Shown in pieces: positions 21,979 through 31,093 of a stretch of DNA of 32,000 nt. The position numbers were made by a program, and so were the translations under genes. The notes under the pieces were generated by a model. That model saw nothing but the letters and a program-made list of their open reading frames with translations. It did no database searches and was not told the DNA's origin. Origin of the DNA: Horticoccus luteus (GTDB lineage Bacteria; Verrucomicrobiota; Verrucomicrobiia; Opitutales; Opitutaceae); NCBI RefSeq assembly GCF_019464535.1, contig NZ_CP080507.1, positions 3,750,001 through 3,782,000 on the forward strand, given 5' to 3'. Each line of letters begins with the position of its first letter. Position 1 is the stretch's first letter.

Positions 21979-23564
21979 GGTTGTTTCTCCTCCGCGGCGA
22001 GTTGCGTTCGTCGGAAACGATAGGTCTTCGCCTCCACGAGCGTCCCTGACGAATTCTCCAGCGCCAGATCGTGGCTGTGATCGTCCGCGATCACTTCCAG
22101 CTCCCGGCGCGCCGCGAGAGCCACATCCTGCTGGTTCTGGTTGCGGATCAAATCCCGCGTCGTCCGCTGCACATCGTTCATGATGTTGCGCCGCAGATGC
22201 TCATCCATCGCCGCGGCAAAGCGCGCCGGCGTTCCGCCCGGCCCCACGAGGTAATGCAGGTTCTTCGTGAAGAGCGCAAAAGCGTCCGGCCCGCTCGCCA
22301 GCGAGAACGATCCGTTCGTCCCATATCCGTCGAACTCCGGATAATACTGCCGCGAAAACTCCGTCGGCTTCACCCCCACGACGCCCGAGAGCCAGCCGCT
22401 CTGATCCGCAAACAACTGCGCACCTTTTTCGCTCGTCAGGTATTGCAGGAAATCCAATGCCTGCGCCGATTGCGGCGAACCCCGCAGCAGGTAAAACGAA
22501 AAACCCGTCGTCACGCGCCCGTCGCTCATCTTGCCCGGAATCAAATCGCCGAACTGCGGATCGTCCGGCGCCGGCACCGGGATCCGAAACGCGCCCACCG
22601 GGAAATCGCACAAGACCTTCAAGCTGCTCGCATCGAAGCTGCCGGAGCCGAACATCACCGCGTCGCCGCTCGCGAATTTCATCATCGCGCCGTCCCGGTT
22701 CATCTGCAGCGCCCCCGGATCGAGTTCGTGCGCCACCTGCGCGCCCATCTCCAGCCCTTCCATGAAATCCTTCTGCTCGTATTTCCATTTCCCCCGCAGA
22801 TACGCCAGCCCCAGCTCCACGTGATCCACGCGCAACCGGTGCAGATAATCCGCCGCATACGCCGATTTCATCGTCGCCGCCGACAACATGTAGTCCACCA
22901 GCCGGAAAACCGAATCCCGCGCCGCGGCCACCGGAATCAGGTTGGGATTGCGCGCCGCCGCGTAACGCTTCACCTCGTCGCACAACCGCAGAAACGCCCG
23001 GTAATCCTGCGGCGGCTCGTCCTTGCCCGTCACCCGTTTCAACAGGTCGCGATTGTAGAAAACGCGCATCGACGCCGTGCACAACGCCACGCCGAAAAAT
23101 TGGTTCATCTGCGCGTTGTAACAATCCAGGTTGTCCAACCCGTCCAGAAACGTGTCCCGCCACGCCACGTCCGCGAGCGGCGTGCCCTGGTTGTAGGGAT
23201 TTGGCTTCCGCAACACGCTGTCCAGCGGCGTGAAATACCGCGCCTGCAAATCCGCCGCCCGCCCATACCAGAAACCGTATTCGATGATTTCCGGACACGT
23301 CCCGCCCGCGAGCTGCGACTGCAGCCATTGCTGATACATCGTGTCCGGGATCGTCATCTGGATGACGTGCACCTCCGGGTGGATCGCTTCGTAACGCTTG
23401 ATCACCTGCGCCATCGCCTCGCGCACGCCCGCCTCCAACTGCCAGTGCGCGATCCGCACCACCGTCCGCTTGTCCGTCGTCGGCGCAAACACCCGCCGCG
23501 CCACGGTCACCGCGGAAACGAGAAAAACCAGGAGGAAAATGATCAGGCCAAATCGGGACTTCAT
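21975..23564 (-). CDS. Extracellular solute-binding protein family-1-like protein, N-terminally membrane-anchored, paralog B
   Basis: The start is MKSRFGLIIFLLVFLVSAVTV (cat at 23562-23564); the upstream 101 codons of the track ORF are rejected. 'VRIAHWQLEAGVREAMAQVIKRYEAIHPEVHV', 'KPNPYNQGTPLADVAWRDT', 'PPQDYRAFLRLC' and 'ALDFLQYLTSEKGAQLF' are all shared with paralog A. Confidence 0.78.
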   Translation of the reverse strand: MKSRFGLIIFLLVFLVSAVTVARRVFAPTTDKRTVVRIAHWQLEAGVREAMAQVIKRYEAIHPEVHVIQMTIPDTMYQQWLQSQLAGGTCPEIIEYGFWYGRAADLQARYFTPLDSVLRKPNPYNQGTPLADVAWRDTFLDGLDNLDCYNAQMNQFFGVALCTASMRVFYNRDLLKRVTGKDEPPQDYRAFLRLCDEVKRYAAARNPNLIPVAAARDSVFRLVDYMLSAATMKSAYAADYLHRLRVDHVELGLAYLRGKWKYEQKDFMEGLEMGAQVAHELDPGALQMNRDGAMMKFASGDAVMFGSGSFDASSLKVLCDFPVGAFRIPVPAPDDPQFGDLIPGKMSDGRVTTGFSFYLLRGSPQSAQALDFLQYLTSEKGAQLFADQSGWLSGVVGVKPTEFSRQYYPEFDGYGTNGSFSLASGPDAFALFTKNLHYLVGPGGTPARFAAAMDEHLRRNIMNDVQRTTRDLIRNQNQQDVALAARRELEVIADDHSHDLALENSSGTLVEAKTYRFRRTQLAAEEKQP

Positions 23565-23751
23565 GGGGTGGCCGCGCCAGCGGAAGAAACACTGCGCAAG
23601 CCCGGAGCAGCAAAAGCCCGCGCGCCCGCGAAGCGAGGAATTTCCCGACCTCGTCGCCGCCGCTTTTGTTTCCTCCCCCCACGCGCGAAATTTGCGCACT
23701 TCGCGATTGCGCGAACGTCTCCGCGCGTTGTGCTCGGCGCTCTTTTTTCCG

Positions 23752-26145
23752 ATGGCCACCCCCGATCCCGCCCACGTCCTCCGCCTCGCCGCCGAGCTCC
23801 ACCTGCAAGTCCACCAAGTCGCCGCGACCGCCCAGCTCCTCGCCGACGCCGCCACCGTGCCGTTCATCGCGCGCTACCGCAAGGAAGCCACCGGCGAACT
23901 CGATGAAGTGCAGGTCGCCGCGATCCGCGACCGCCTCGAACAACTCCGCGCCACCGACGAACGCCGCGCCACCATCCTCGCCTCGCTCAAAGAGCGCAAC
24001 CTGCTCACCGCCGCGCTCGAACAAGCTCTCGCCGCCGCCGACACGCTCACCGCCCTCGAAGATATTTATCTCCCCTTCCGCCCCAAGAAACGCACGCGCG
24101 CCACCATCGCCAAAGAAAAAGGCCTCGAGCCGCTCGCCGACCTGCTCTTCGCGCAAGATCCCGCCACCGATCCCCTCGCCGCCGCGCAGCCTTACGCCGG
24201 CCGCGCTTACGTGCCCGACGACGGCAAAAACCAACCCGCCCAGATCGCGTCCACCGACGAAGCCCTCGCCGGCGCGCGCGACATCCTCGCCGAGCGCATC
24301 AGCGACGACAAAGACGCCCGCGCCCGCCTGCGCGCTCTTTACCAACGCGACGCCGAGCTCAGCTCCAAAGTGCTCCCCGGCAAGGAAACCGAAGCCGCGA
24401 AATACAAAGACTACTTCGAGTGGCGCGAACCTCTCGCCAAAGCCCCCAGCCACCGCGTCCTCGCAATTCGTCGCGGCGAAAAAGAACTGTTCCTGATGAT
24501 GCGCGTCACCCTCCCCGACGAAACCCTCGCCCTCGCCGAACTCGAACCCCTCTTCCTCAAAAACGCCTCCTCCGCCCCTGTCGGCGGTGTGCCCTCACCC
24601 CGCTCCTCCCCGGCCGCTCCCTACTCTTGCGCCGATCACGTCCGCCTTGCCGTGCAAGACTCGTGCAAACGCCTCCTCGCTCCCGCGATGGAAACCGAGA
24701 TGCGCCTCGACGCCAAGAAACGCGCCGACGAAGCCGCCATCCGCGTCTTCACCGCCAACGTCCGCGAACTCCTTCTCGCCGCCCCCCTCGGCCAGCGCGC
24801 CGTCCTCGCCATCGATCCCGGCTTTCGCACCGGCTGCAAAGTCGTCCTCCTCGATCGCCAGGGCAAACTCCTCCACAACGACGTCGTCTTCCCCGACCGC
24901 CACCCCGACGAAGCCCGTGAAAAACTCCTCGGCTTCATCCAACATTTCCACGTCGAGTCCGTCGCCATCGGCAACGGCACCGCCGGCCGCGAAACCGAAA
25001 CCTTCGTCCGCACCCTCGGCCTCCCACCCGCGATTCCCATCGTGATGGTCAACGAATCCGGCGCCTCCATCTACTCCGCCAGCGACGTCGCCCGCGAAGA
25101 ATTTCCCGACCACGACCTCACCGTGCGCGGCGCCGTCTCCATCGGCCGCCGCCTCATGGATCCCCTCGCCGAACTCGTGAAACTCGACCCCAAATCCATC
25201 GGCGTCGGCCAGTATCAACACGACGTCGACCAACTCGCCCTCAAGCGCTCGCTCGACGACACCGTCGTCAGCTCCGTCAACGCCGTCGGCGTCGAACTCA
25301 ACACCGCCTCGAAACAACTTCTCAGCTACGTCTCCGGCCTCAACGCCGCCACCGCCGCCGCGATCGTCGCGCGCCGCAACGAGAAAGGCCCGTTCGCCTC
25401 CCGCGCCGAACTGCGCGACGTCCCCCGCCTCGGCCCCAAAGCCTTCGAGCAAGCCGCCGGTTTTCTCCGCATCCGCGATGCCGCGCACCCCCTCGATGCG
25501 AGCGCCGTTCACCCCGAACGTTACGCCCTCGTCGAACAAATGGCCGCCGATCTCGGCGCCACCGTCGCCGACCTCATGCGCGACGCCAAACTCCGCGCGC
25601 AACTCGACCTCACGCGCTACGTCACCGCCGACGTCGGCCTGCCCACGCTCACCGACATCGTCGCCGAACTCGCCAAACCCGGTCGCGATCCCCGCGAGCG
25701 TTTCGAAACGTTCTCCTTCGCCGCCGGCGTCAATCGCCCCGAAGATCTCACGCCCGGCCAGCGTCTTCCCGGCCTCGTCACCAACGTCACCGACTTCGGC
25801 GCGTTCGTCGACATCGGCGTGCATCAAGACGGCCTCGTCCACGTCAGCCAGCTCGCCGACACCTTCGTGAAAGACCCCGCGACCATCGTGAAACCCGGCC
25901 AGCGCGTGAACGTGACCGTCGTGGAAATCGACCTCGCGCGGAAACGCATCGCGCTCTCGATGCGCTCCAAAGTCGACCTCGCTCCCCGTGCGCCTCGTGT
26001 CGGCGGAGCGGCCGCTCCGCGAGCGACCTCTGGCGCCGCACGCGGTGGTCCATCCGCCGCGCGCCCCGCCTCCCCCGCCGCTCCCCGCCCGCCCCAATCG
26101 CTCAACGCCGACTGGTTCTCCGCCGCCCTCAACAAAAAACCCTGA
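23752..26145 (+). CDS. tex: Tex-like transcription accessory protein (S1 RNA-binding domain protein)
   Basis: The start is MATPDPAH, an internal ATG of track ORF 23398..26145. 'VPFIARYRKEATGELDEVQ' is the Tex N-terminal signature. 'IDPGFRTGCKVVLLD' is the YqgF/RNase-H-like region. An HhH region follows, then the C-terminal S1 domain 'LPGLVTNVTDFGAFVDIGVHQDGLVHVSQL...V.VTVVEIDLARKRIALSM'. Confidence 0.92.
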   Translation: MATPDPAHVLRLAAELHLQVHQVAATAQLLADAATVPFIARYRKEATGELDEVQVAAIRDRLEQLRATDERRATILASLKERNLLTAALEQALAAADTLTALEDIYLPFRPKKRTRATIAKEKGLEPLADLLFAQDPATDPLAAAQPYAGRAYVPDDGKNQPAQIASTDEALAGARDILAERISDDKDARARLRALYQRDAELSSKVLPGKETEAAKYKDYFEWREPLAKAPSHRVLAIRRGEKELFLMMRVTLPDETLALAELEPLFLKNASSAPVGGVPSPRSSPAAPYSCADHVRLAVQDSCKRLLAPAMETEMRLDAKKRADEAAIRVFTANVRELLLAAPLGQRAVLAIDPGFRTGCKVVLLDRQGKLLHNDVVFPDRHPDEAREKLLGFIQHFHVESVAIGNGTAGRETETFVRTLGLPPAIPIVMVNESGASIYSASDVAREEFPDHDLTVRGAVSIGRRLMDPLAELVKLDPKSIGVGQYQHDVDQLALKRSLDDTVVSSVNAVGVELNTASKQLLSYVSGLNAATAAAIVARRNEKGPFASRAELRDVPRLGPKAFEQAAGFLRIRDAAHPLDASAVHPERYALVEQMAADLGATVADLMRDAKLRAQLDLTRYVTADVGLPTLTDIVAELAKPGRDPRERFETFSFAAGVNRPEDLTPGQRLPGLVTNVTDFGAFVDIGVHQDGLVHVSQLADTFVKDPATIVKPGQRVNVTVVEIDLARKRIALSMRSKVDLAPRAPRVGGAAAPRATSGAARGGPSAARPASPAAPRPPQSLNADWFSAALNKKP

Positions 26146-26362
26146 TCCTCCGCCATGGTGGGCCGCGCGCTCCGCCGCGCGGCGTCCGTCCCCGCCTCCC
26201 TCCGAAATTTCGCGTGTCTTCGCGTCATTCGCCGAAGACCGCGTGTCACTCCGGGCGCTGAAGTTCTCCCTCTCTCCAGAACAAAACCGACCGCCATTCT
26301 CGTAAAATCCGCGGCCCACTTTTCCTCGCAACGCTTTCGCTTTCGCCGAGTCTAGTTCCCTA

Positions 26363-26770
26363 ATGAAACCCTCCGCTGATCCCGCCACCCTCGCCTCCAA
26401 GATCATCGTTCGCGGCCTCCACCTCGACCTCACCGAGGCCCTTCACAACGCGGCCCTCAGCAAAGCCGAACGCCTTCTCCGCCACGAAGAACGCATCATC
26501 CGCATCCGCATCGATCTCGACCACGACAAGACCCGCAGCGCCGGCACCCACTTCATCGCCCGCGGCTCCATGGAAATCAGCGGCCCCGACATCTTCGCCA
26601 GCGCCGAGAGCGACGATGCCTACAAGTCCCTCGACCTCCTCGTCGAAAAACTCGACCGCATGCTCCGCAAACGCGCCGCCGATTCGAAGGGCAAACGCAA
26701 TCACCCGCACGATGTCGACCTCGGCGCTCCCCTCCCCAAAACCTCCGCCGCGGAGAGCGACGCCGGCTGA
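26363..26770 (+). CDS. hpf: Ribosome hibernation/modulation factor, short HPF/RaiA (YfiA) type
   Basis: '[28 protein letters not shown]' and '[42 protein letters not shown]' follow the sigma-54-modulation-protein/S30EA fold pattern. At 135 aa there is no long C-terminal dimerisation domain. Confidence 0.82.
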   Translation: MKPSADPATLASKIIVRGLHLDLTEALHNAALSKAERLLRHEERIIRIRIDLDHDKTRSAGTHFIARGSMEISGPDIFASAESDDAYKSLDLLVEKLDRMLRKRAADSKGKRNHPHDVDLGAPLPKTSAAESDAG

Positions 26771-26812
26771 TTCGCCTTGCCGCCTCCGTCGCGGCCCTCC
26801 GACGCGCGCCCC

Positions 26813-27922
26813 ATGTCTCGCTTCCTCCGTCCGTCGCTCAACTGGTTGCTCGTCTTCCTCCCCGTCGCGTTTGCCCTGCGCTACGTTCCCGGCTGGCGCC
26901 ACGAGACCGCCCTCTTCTTCGCGTCCGGCCTCGCCATCGTCCCGCTCGCCGGGTGGATGGGCTCCGCCACCGAGCAACTCTCGCATCGTCTCGGCCAGGG
27001 CATCGGCGGCCTCCTCAACGCCTCCTTCGGCAACGCCGCCGAGCTCATCATCGCCTTGATGGCGCTCCACGCCGGCCTGATCGACGTCGTCAAGGCCTCC
27101 ATCACCGGCTCCATCATTGGCAACCTCCTCCTCGTGCTCGGCGCCTCCGTGTTCGCCGGCGGCCTCCGCCACAAAAGCCAGCAGTTCAACAAAACCGCGG
27201 TCCGCGCTTCCTGCACCGCGCTCATTCTCGCCGCCAGCGCACTCATCATCCCGTCCGTTTTCCACCACACCGCCGATCGGCATCCCGGCGGATGGACGCC
27301 CGCCGCGGAGCAAAATCTCTCCCTCGCCATCGCCTGCGTGCTCCTCGCGACCTACGTCGCACTCCTCATCTTTTCGCTCGGCACCCACCGGCAGCTCTAC
27401 ACCGGCCACACCGGCGCCGCCCCGGAAAACGCGACCGCCGACGGCGAAGCCCCGTGGACCATCCGGCGCTCCGTCATCGTCCTCATCATCGCCACCAGCG
27501 CCGTCGCCTGGGTGTCGGAATTCCTCGTCGGGGCCGTCGAAGCCGCGCGCCACTCCCTCGGTGTCACCGAAACGTTTGTCGGCATCATCATCGTCGCCCT
27601 CGTCGGCAACGCCGCCGAACACTCCACCGCCGTCACCATGGCGTTGAAAAACAAAATGGACCTCGCGCTCGGCATCGCGATCGGCTCCAGCCTGCAAATC
27701 GCGCTCTTCGTCGCGCCGGTGCTCGTCTTCTGCAGCTACTTCTTTCTGCATCCGCTGAATCTGGAATTCACGCTCCCCGAAATCGCCGCCGTGGTCATCG
27801 CCGCGTTTGCCGCCACCCAGATCAGCGGCGACGGCGAAAGCAACTGGCTCGAAGGCGTGCAACTCCTCGCCCTCTACGCCATCTTCGGCCTGCTCTTTTT
27901 CTTTCTGCCCGCCGCGACGTAG
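26813..27922 (+). CDS. cax: Ca2+/H+ antiporter (CaCA/CAX family)
   Basis: The start is [13 protein letters not shown], the ATG at 26813. Two alpha-repeat signatures, '[13 protein letters not shown]' and '[13 protein letters not shown]'. About 10-11 TM segments. Confidence 0.85.
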   Translation: MSRFLRPSLNWLLVFLPVAFALRYVPGWRHETALFFASGLAIVPLAGWMGSATEQLSHRLGQGIGGLLNASFGNAAELIIALMALHAGLIDVVKASITGSIIGNLLLVLGASVFAGGLRHKSQQFNKTAVRASCTALILAASALIIPSVFHHTADRHPGGWTPAAEQNLSLAIACVLLATYVALLIFSLGTHRQLYTGHTGAAPENATADGEAPWTIRRSVIVLIIATSAVAWVSEFLVGAVEAARHSLGVTETFVGIIIVALVGNAAEHSTAVTMALKNKMDLALGIAIGSSLQIALFVAPVLVFCSYFFLHPLNLEFTLPEIAAVVIAAFAATQISGDGESNWLEGVQLLALYAIFGLLFFFLPAAT

Positions 27923-28005
27923 CCCCCGCCCGCCAGTGTGTCATGCCCGTGATTTTGCGCGCTTCGGGCGTGACCCCACGACCCGTTCCGCCACGGTCAC
28001 ACGTG

Positions 28006-29304
28006 ATGAAACTTCAAGGACTCGGAACCAAAGCCCTTCACGCCGGCCAGTCGCCGGACCCCACCACCGGCTCGCGGGCGGTGCCCATCTACCAGACCAC
28101 GAGCTACGTGTTTCGCGACACCGAGCACGCCGCCAACCTTTTTGCCCTGAAGGAACTCGGCAACATCTACACCCGGATCATGAATCCGACGACCGATGTG
28201 TTGGAGCAACGCGTCGCCGCCCTCGAAGGCGGATCCGGCGCCCTCGCCCACGCTTCCGGTCAGGCCGCCATCACCAACGCCATCCTCAACCTCGCCGGTG
28301 CCGGCGATCACATCGTCTCCGTCGCCCAGCTCTACGGCGGCACCTACAACCTGTTTCACTACACCCTCCCCAAACTCGGGATCAAAGTGGACTTCGTTGA
28401 CGCCCTCGATCCGGACGCCTTCCGCCGCGCGCTCAAGCCCAACACCAAGGCGTTTTACGGCGAAGGCCTCGGCAATCCCGCCCTCAACATTTTCCCCATC
28501 GAGGAAGTCGCGAAGATTGCGAAAGAAGCCGGCGTCCCGCTCATCATCGACAACACCTGCCTGAGCCCGCTGCTCAACCGGCCCATCGAATGGGGCGCCA
28601 ACGTCGTCATCCACTCCGCCACCAAATACATCGGCGGCCACGGCACCTCCATCGGCGGCATCGTCGTCGACGGCGGCAATTTCGACTGGGGCAACGGCCG
28701 GTTCCCCGGCTTCACCGAGCCCGATCACAGCTACCACGGCCTCGTCCACTGGGATGCGTTCAAGGCCTTCCCGCCCACGGGCGGCACCAACGTCGCCTAT
28801 ATTCTCAAAATGCGTTTGCAGCTCCTCCGCGACACCGGCGGCTGCGTTTCCCCGTTCAACGCCTTCCTCCTCCTCCAAGGTTTGGAAACGCTCCACCTGC
28901 GCATGCCCCGCACGTGCGAAAACGCGCTCAAAACCGCCGAGCTGCTCGCCGCCCACGACAAAGTCGCCTGGGTCAATTACCCCGGCCTCAAAACCAGCGC
29001 CAACCACACCGCCGCGAAGAAATACCTCAGCGGCGGCTTCGGCGGCCTCCTCGGGTTTGGCCTCAAAAGCGGCTACGAAGGCGGCCGCAAGTTCATCGAA
29101 GACCTCAAGCTGTTCTCCCATCTGGCCAACATCGGCGACTCCAAGTCCCTCGCGATTCACCCCGCGAGCACCACCCACAGCCAGCTCAGCGCCGAAGAGC
29201 AAACCGCCACGGGCACGTCGCCCGACTACGTCCGCCTCTCACTCGGCACGGAAGATTTCGCCGACCTCCAGGCCGACCTCGAACAAGCGCTCGCGAAAGC
29301 CTGA
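28006..29304 (+). CDS. metY: O-acetylhomoserine (O-acetylserine) sulfhydrylase, PLP-dependent
   Basis: The start is [14 protein letters not shown], the ATG at 28006 inside track ORF 26953..29304. '[34 protein letters not shown]', the PLP-lysine motif '[11 protein letters not shown]', and '[10 protein letters not shown]'. Confidence 0.9.
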   Translation: MKLQGLGTKALHAGQSPDPTTGSRAVPIYQTTSYVFRDTEHAANLFALKELGNIYTRIMNPTTDVLEQRVAALEGGSGALAHASGQAAITNAILNLAGAGDHIVSVAQLYGGTYNLFHYTLPKLGIKVDFVDALDPDAFRRALKPNTKAFYGEGLGNPALNIFPIEEVAKIAKEAGVPLIIDNTCLSPLLNRPIEWGANVVIHSATKYIGGHGTSIGGIVVDGGNFDWGNGRFPGFTEPDHSYHGLVHWDAFKAFPPTGGTNVAYILKMRLQLLRDTGGCVSPFNAFLLLQGLETLHLRMPRTCENALKTAELLAAHDKVAWVNYPGLKTSANHTAAKKYLSGGFGGLLGFGLKSGYEGGRKFIEDLKLFSHLANIGDSKSLAIHPASTTHSQLSAEEQTATGTSPDYVRLSLGTEDFADLQADLEQALAKA

Positions 29305-29328
29305 GGCACGCTTCGCTTCGTCTCCCCG

Positions 29329-29360
29329 GCCCGCGGCTCCCTTGGACCGCGGGCTTTTTT
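29329..29360 (+). terminator. Rho-independent terminator after metY
   Basis: 8-bp GC stem, gcccgcgg (29329-29336) paired with ccgcgggc (29347-29354), with a 10-nt loop, followed directly by TTTTTT (29355-29360). It begins 25 nt after the metY stop. Confidence 0.8.
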
Positions 29361-29467
29361 GCGTCCTCGTTGGCACCGTCCACGCCGCGGGCCGTCGCCA
29401 CTGGCTCAGTCGCCGCCCGCCTCGCTCCGCCATTTCGCGGCTCGCGTCACTCGCCCCCGTGAAAAAG

Positions 29468-30910
29468 ATGCAGCCCCCGACCCCGCTTATGAATAACGAG
29501 ATTCTCTGGCTCGTCCGCCTCGGCCTTGACCAAAACCTGTTTACGCGGAGCCAGGCGCAGACCGTGCGCACCGCGTTGGGCGATCGCTGCGAACTGATGG
29601 ACTACGCCCAAAAACTCATCGACGACGCGATCGTCGACGACGTGGAAACGCTCGAAAAACTCGCCGGCCTCGCCCAGATGAAGGGCCAGAAGTCCGCGCC
29701 CGCCGACGATCCCTTCGACGACGCCGAACTCGACTCCGCCTCCGCCGCTCACCGCCCGGCGGACACTCCGCCTCCTGCGAAAAGTTCGCCCACCGCGCCG
29801 CATCCGTCGTTTCCTTTCTCCACCCTCGCCACGCTCGACCCCGCCGCGCTCGCCGCGGGCCTGCGCGGTCTCCTGCAGGCCACCGCGCGGTATGGCGCGA
29901 GCGATCTGCACCTCAGCACGGGCTCGCGGCCGTTCCTGCGCAAAAATCGCCGGTTCAGTTTCCTCGGCGACTATTCCCTCACCGCCGACGATGCCCTGCG
30001 GCTCAACACCGCCCTCCTGTCTGAAGGGCAAAAGAGAACCTTTCTCGCACGCCAAGACTACGACTACGCCCTCGCGATCACCGCGACCGACCGCTACCGC
30101 GTCAACCTCATGTTCCATAAGGACGGCGTCGCGGGCGCCTACCGCATGGTGCCGGAAAAAATCCGCACGTTGCCCGAACTCGGCTTCTCCGCCCACCTCC
30201 CGACCCTGCACAAGCTGCTGTCCTACCACAACGGCCTCATCCTCATCACCGGGCCCGTCGGCTCCGGCAAGACGACGACCCTCGCCTCAATGGTCGCCTA
30301 CCTCAACGAGACGCGCACCGACCACATCATCACGGTGGAAGATCCCATCGAGGTCGTGCAACCCGCCAAAGGTTGCAACGTCACGCAGCGCGAGGTCGGC
30401 CCGCACACCCAATCATTCTTCACCGCACTCAAGGGCGCCCTCCGCGAAGATCCCGACGTCATCGTGATCGGCGAGTTGCGCGACCTCGAAACCATCGAGA
30501 TGGCCATCACCGCCTCCGAAACCGGGCATCTCGTGATCGCCACCATGCACACGAGCGATGCCGCCACCACACTCACCCGCCTCCTCGACGTTTTCCCCCC
30601 CTCCCAGCAAACCCAGATTCGCGCCAGCGTGGCCGAAAGTTTGCGCGGCATCGTCTGCCAGCGCCTGCTCCCCACCCCCGAAGGCGCGCTCGTGCTCGCC
30701 TGCGAAATCCTCGTCAGCAACGTCGCGATTCAAAGCCTCATCAAAGAAGGCAAAAGCACCGGTCTGCGCAATACGATGGAGACCGGTGTGAAGGATGGGA
30801 TGTGCCTGATGGATAATGTTGTTTTCAGCCTCTATAACGACCGCCAGATCTCCGCCGAGACCGCCCTCGCCAACCTCAACAACCGCGTGCTCCGCAATAA
30901 AATCACCTGA
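29468..30910 (+). CDS. PilT/PilU-family type IV pilus retraction-type ATPase with an N-terminal extension of about 125 aa
   Basis: The start is the ATG at 29468 (MQPPTPLMNNEILW), internal to track ORF 28754..30910. Core motifs are 'GASDLHLSTGSRPF', Walker A 'GPVGSGKTTT', Asp box 'IITVEDPIE', Walker B 'DPDVIVIGELRD' and His box 'ATMHTSDA'. Confidence 0.85.
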   Translation: MQPPTPLMNNEILWLVRLGLDQNLFTRSQAQTVRTALGDRCELMDYAQKLIDDAIVDDVETLEKLAGLAQMKGQKSAPADDPFDDAELDSASAAHRPADTPPPAKSSPTAPHPSFPFSTLATLDPAALAAGLRGLLQATARYGASDLHLSTGSRPFLRKNRRFSFLGDYSLTADDALRLNTALLSEGQKRTFLARQDYDYALAITATDRYRVNLMFHKDGVAGAYRMVPEKIRTLPELGFSAHLPTLHKLLSYHNGLILITGPVGSGKTTTLASMVAYLNETRTDHIITVEDPIEVVQPAKGCNVTQREVGPHTQSFFTALKGALREDPDVIVIGELRDLETIEMAITASETGHLVIATMHTSDAATTLTRLLDVFPPSQQTQIRASVAESLRGIVCQRLLPTPEGALVLACEILVSNVAIQSLIKEGKSTGLRNTMETGVKDGMCLMDNVVFSLYNDRQISAETALANLNNRVLRNKIT

Positions 30911-31093
30911 AGCGATGACGCCTCCGATTTTCGAATCCTCTCCCGCGCCCGCTTTCCCCTCCGCGCGGATGCACCCTCCCTCGTTCATCCAAGCTCGCCT
31001 CGCGGGCGTCGGCAACTCGCCCCGACGCGCTCCGCGCCCGTCGCCATCCGCGTCCCGCCCGGACCCTCTTTCCCCCGCTAATTTCTGACCGTC

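Noticed and set aside
23565-23751. Divergent intergenic region between SBP-B and tex, containing 'cgcgaaatttgcgc' and repeated 'ttgcgc' words as a possible operator
   Set aside because: On checking, the apparent palindrome is not self-complementary beyond the AAATTT core. The repeats are too short to distinguish from chance.
26162-26183. 8-bp GC hairpin (gccgcgcg-ctccgc-cgcgcggc) just after tex
   Set aside because: It has no downstream T-tract, and GC-rich palindromes are frequent here. It could be a weak terminator or stabiliser, but I cannot support it as a feature.
27923-28005. Possible SAM-type riboswitch or leader upstream of metY, with hairpins gcccg...cgggc and gtgacc...ggtcac
   Set aside because: The region is only 83 nt, and I cannot recognise any conserved SAM-I/II/SAH core motifs by eye. 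The hairpins are short. A covariance-model scan (Rfam) would be needed.
29371-29385. Sigma-54-like TGGCAC-N5-..GC (TGGCACCGTCCACGC) upstream of the PilT-like gene
   Set aside because: Only the GG-N10-GC core and the TGGCAC half match. The -12 element is ACGC rather than TTGC. Such partial matches are expected by chance in GC-rich DNA, and pilT genes are not classic sigma-54 targets.
30930-30938. 'ttcgaatcc', a tRNA T-loop-like string in the pilT intergenic spacer
   Set aside because: There are no flanking complementary T-stem or acceptor-stem sequences and no cloverleaf can be drawn. It is not a tRNA.
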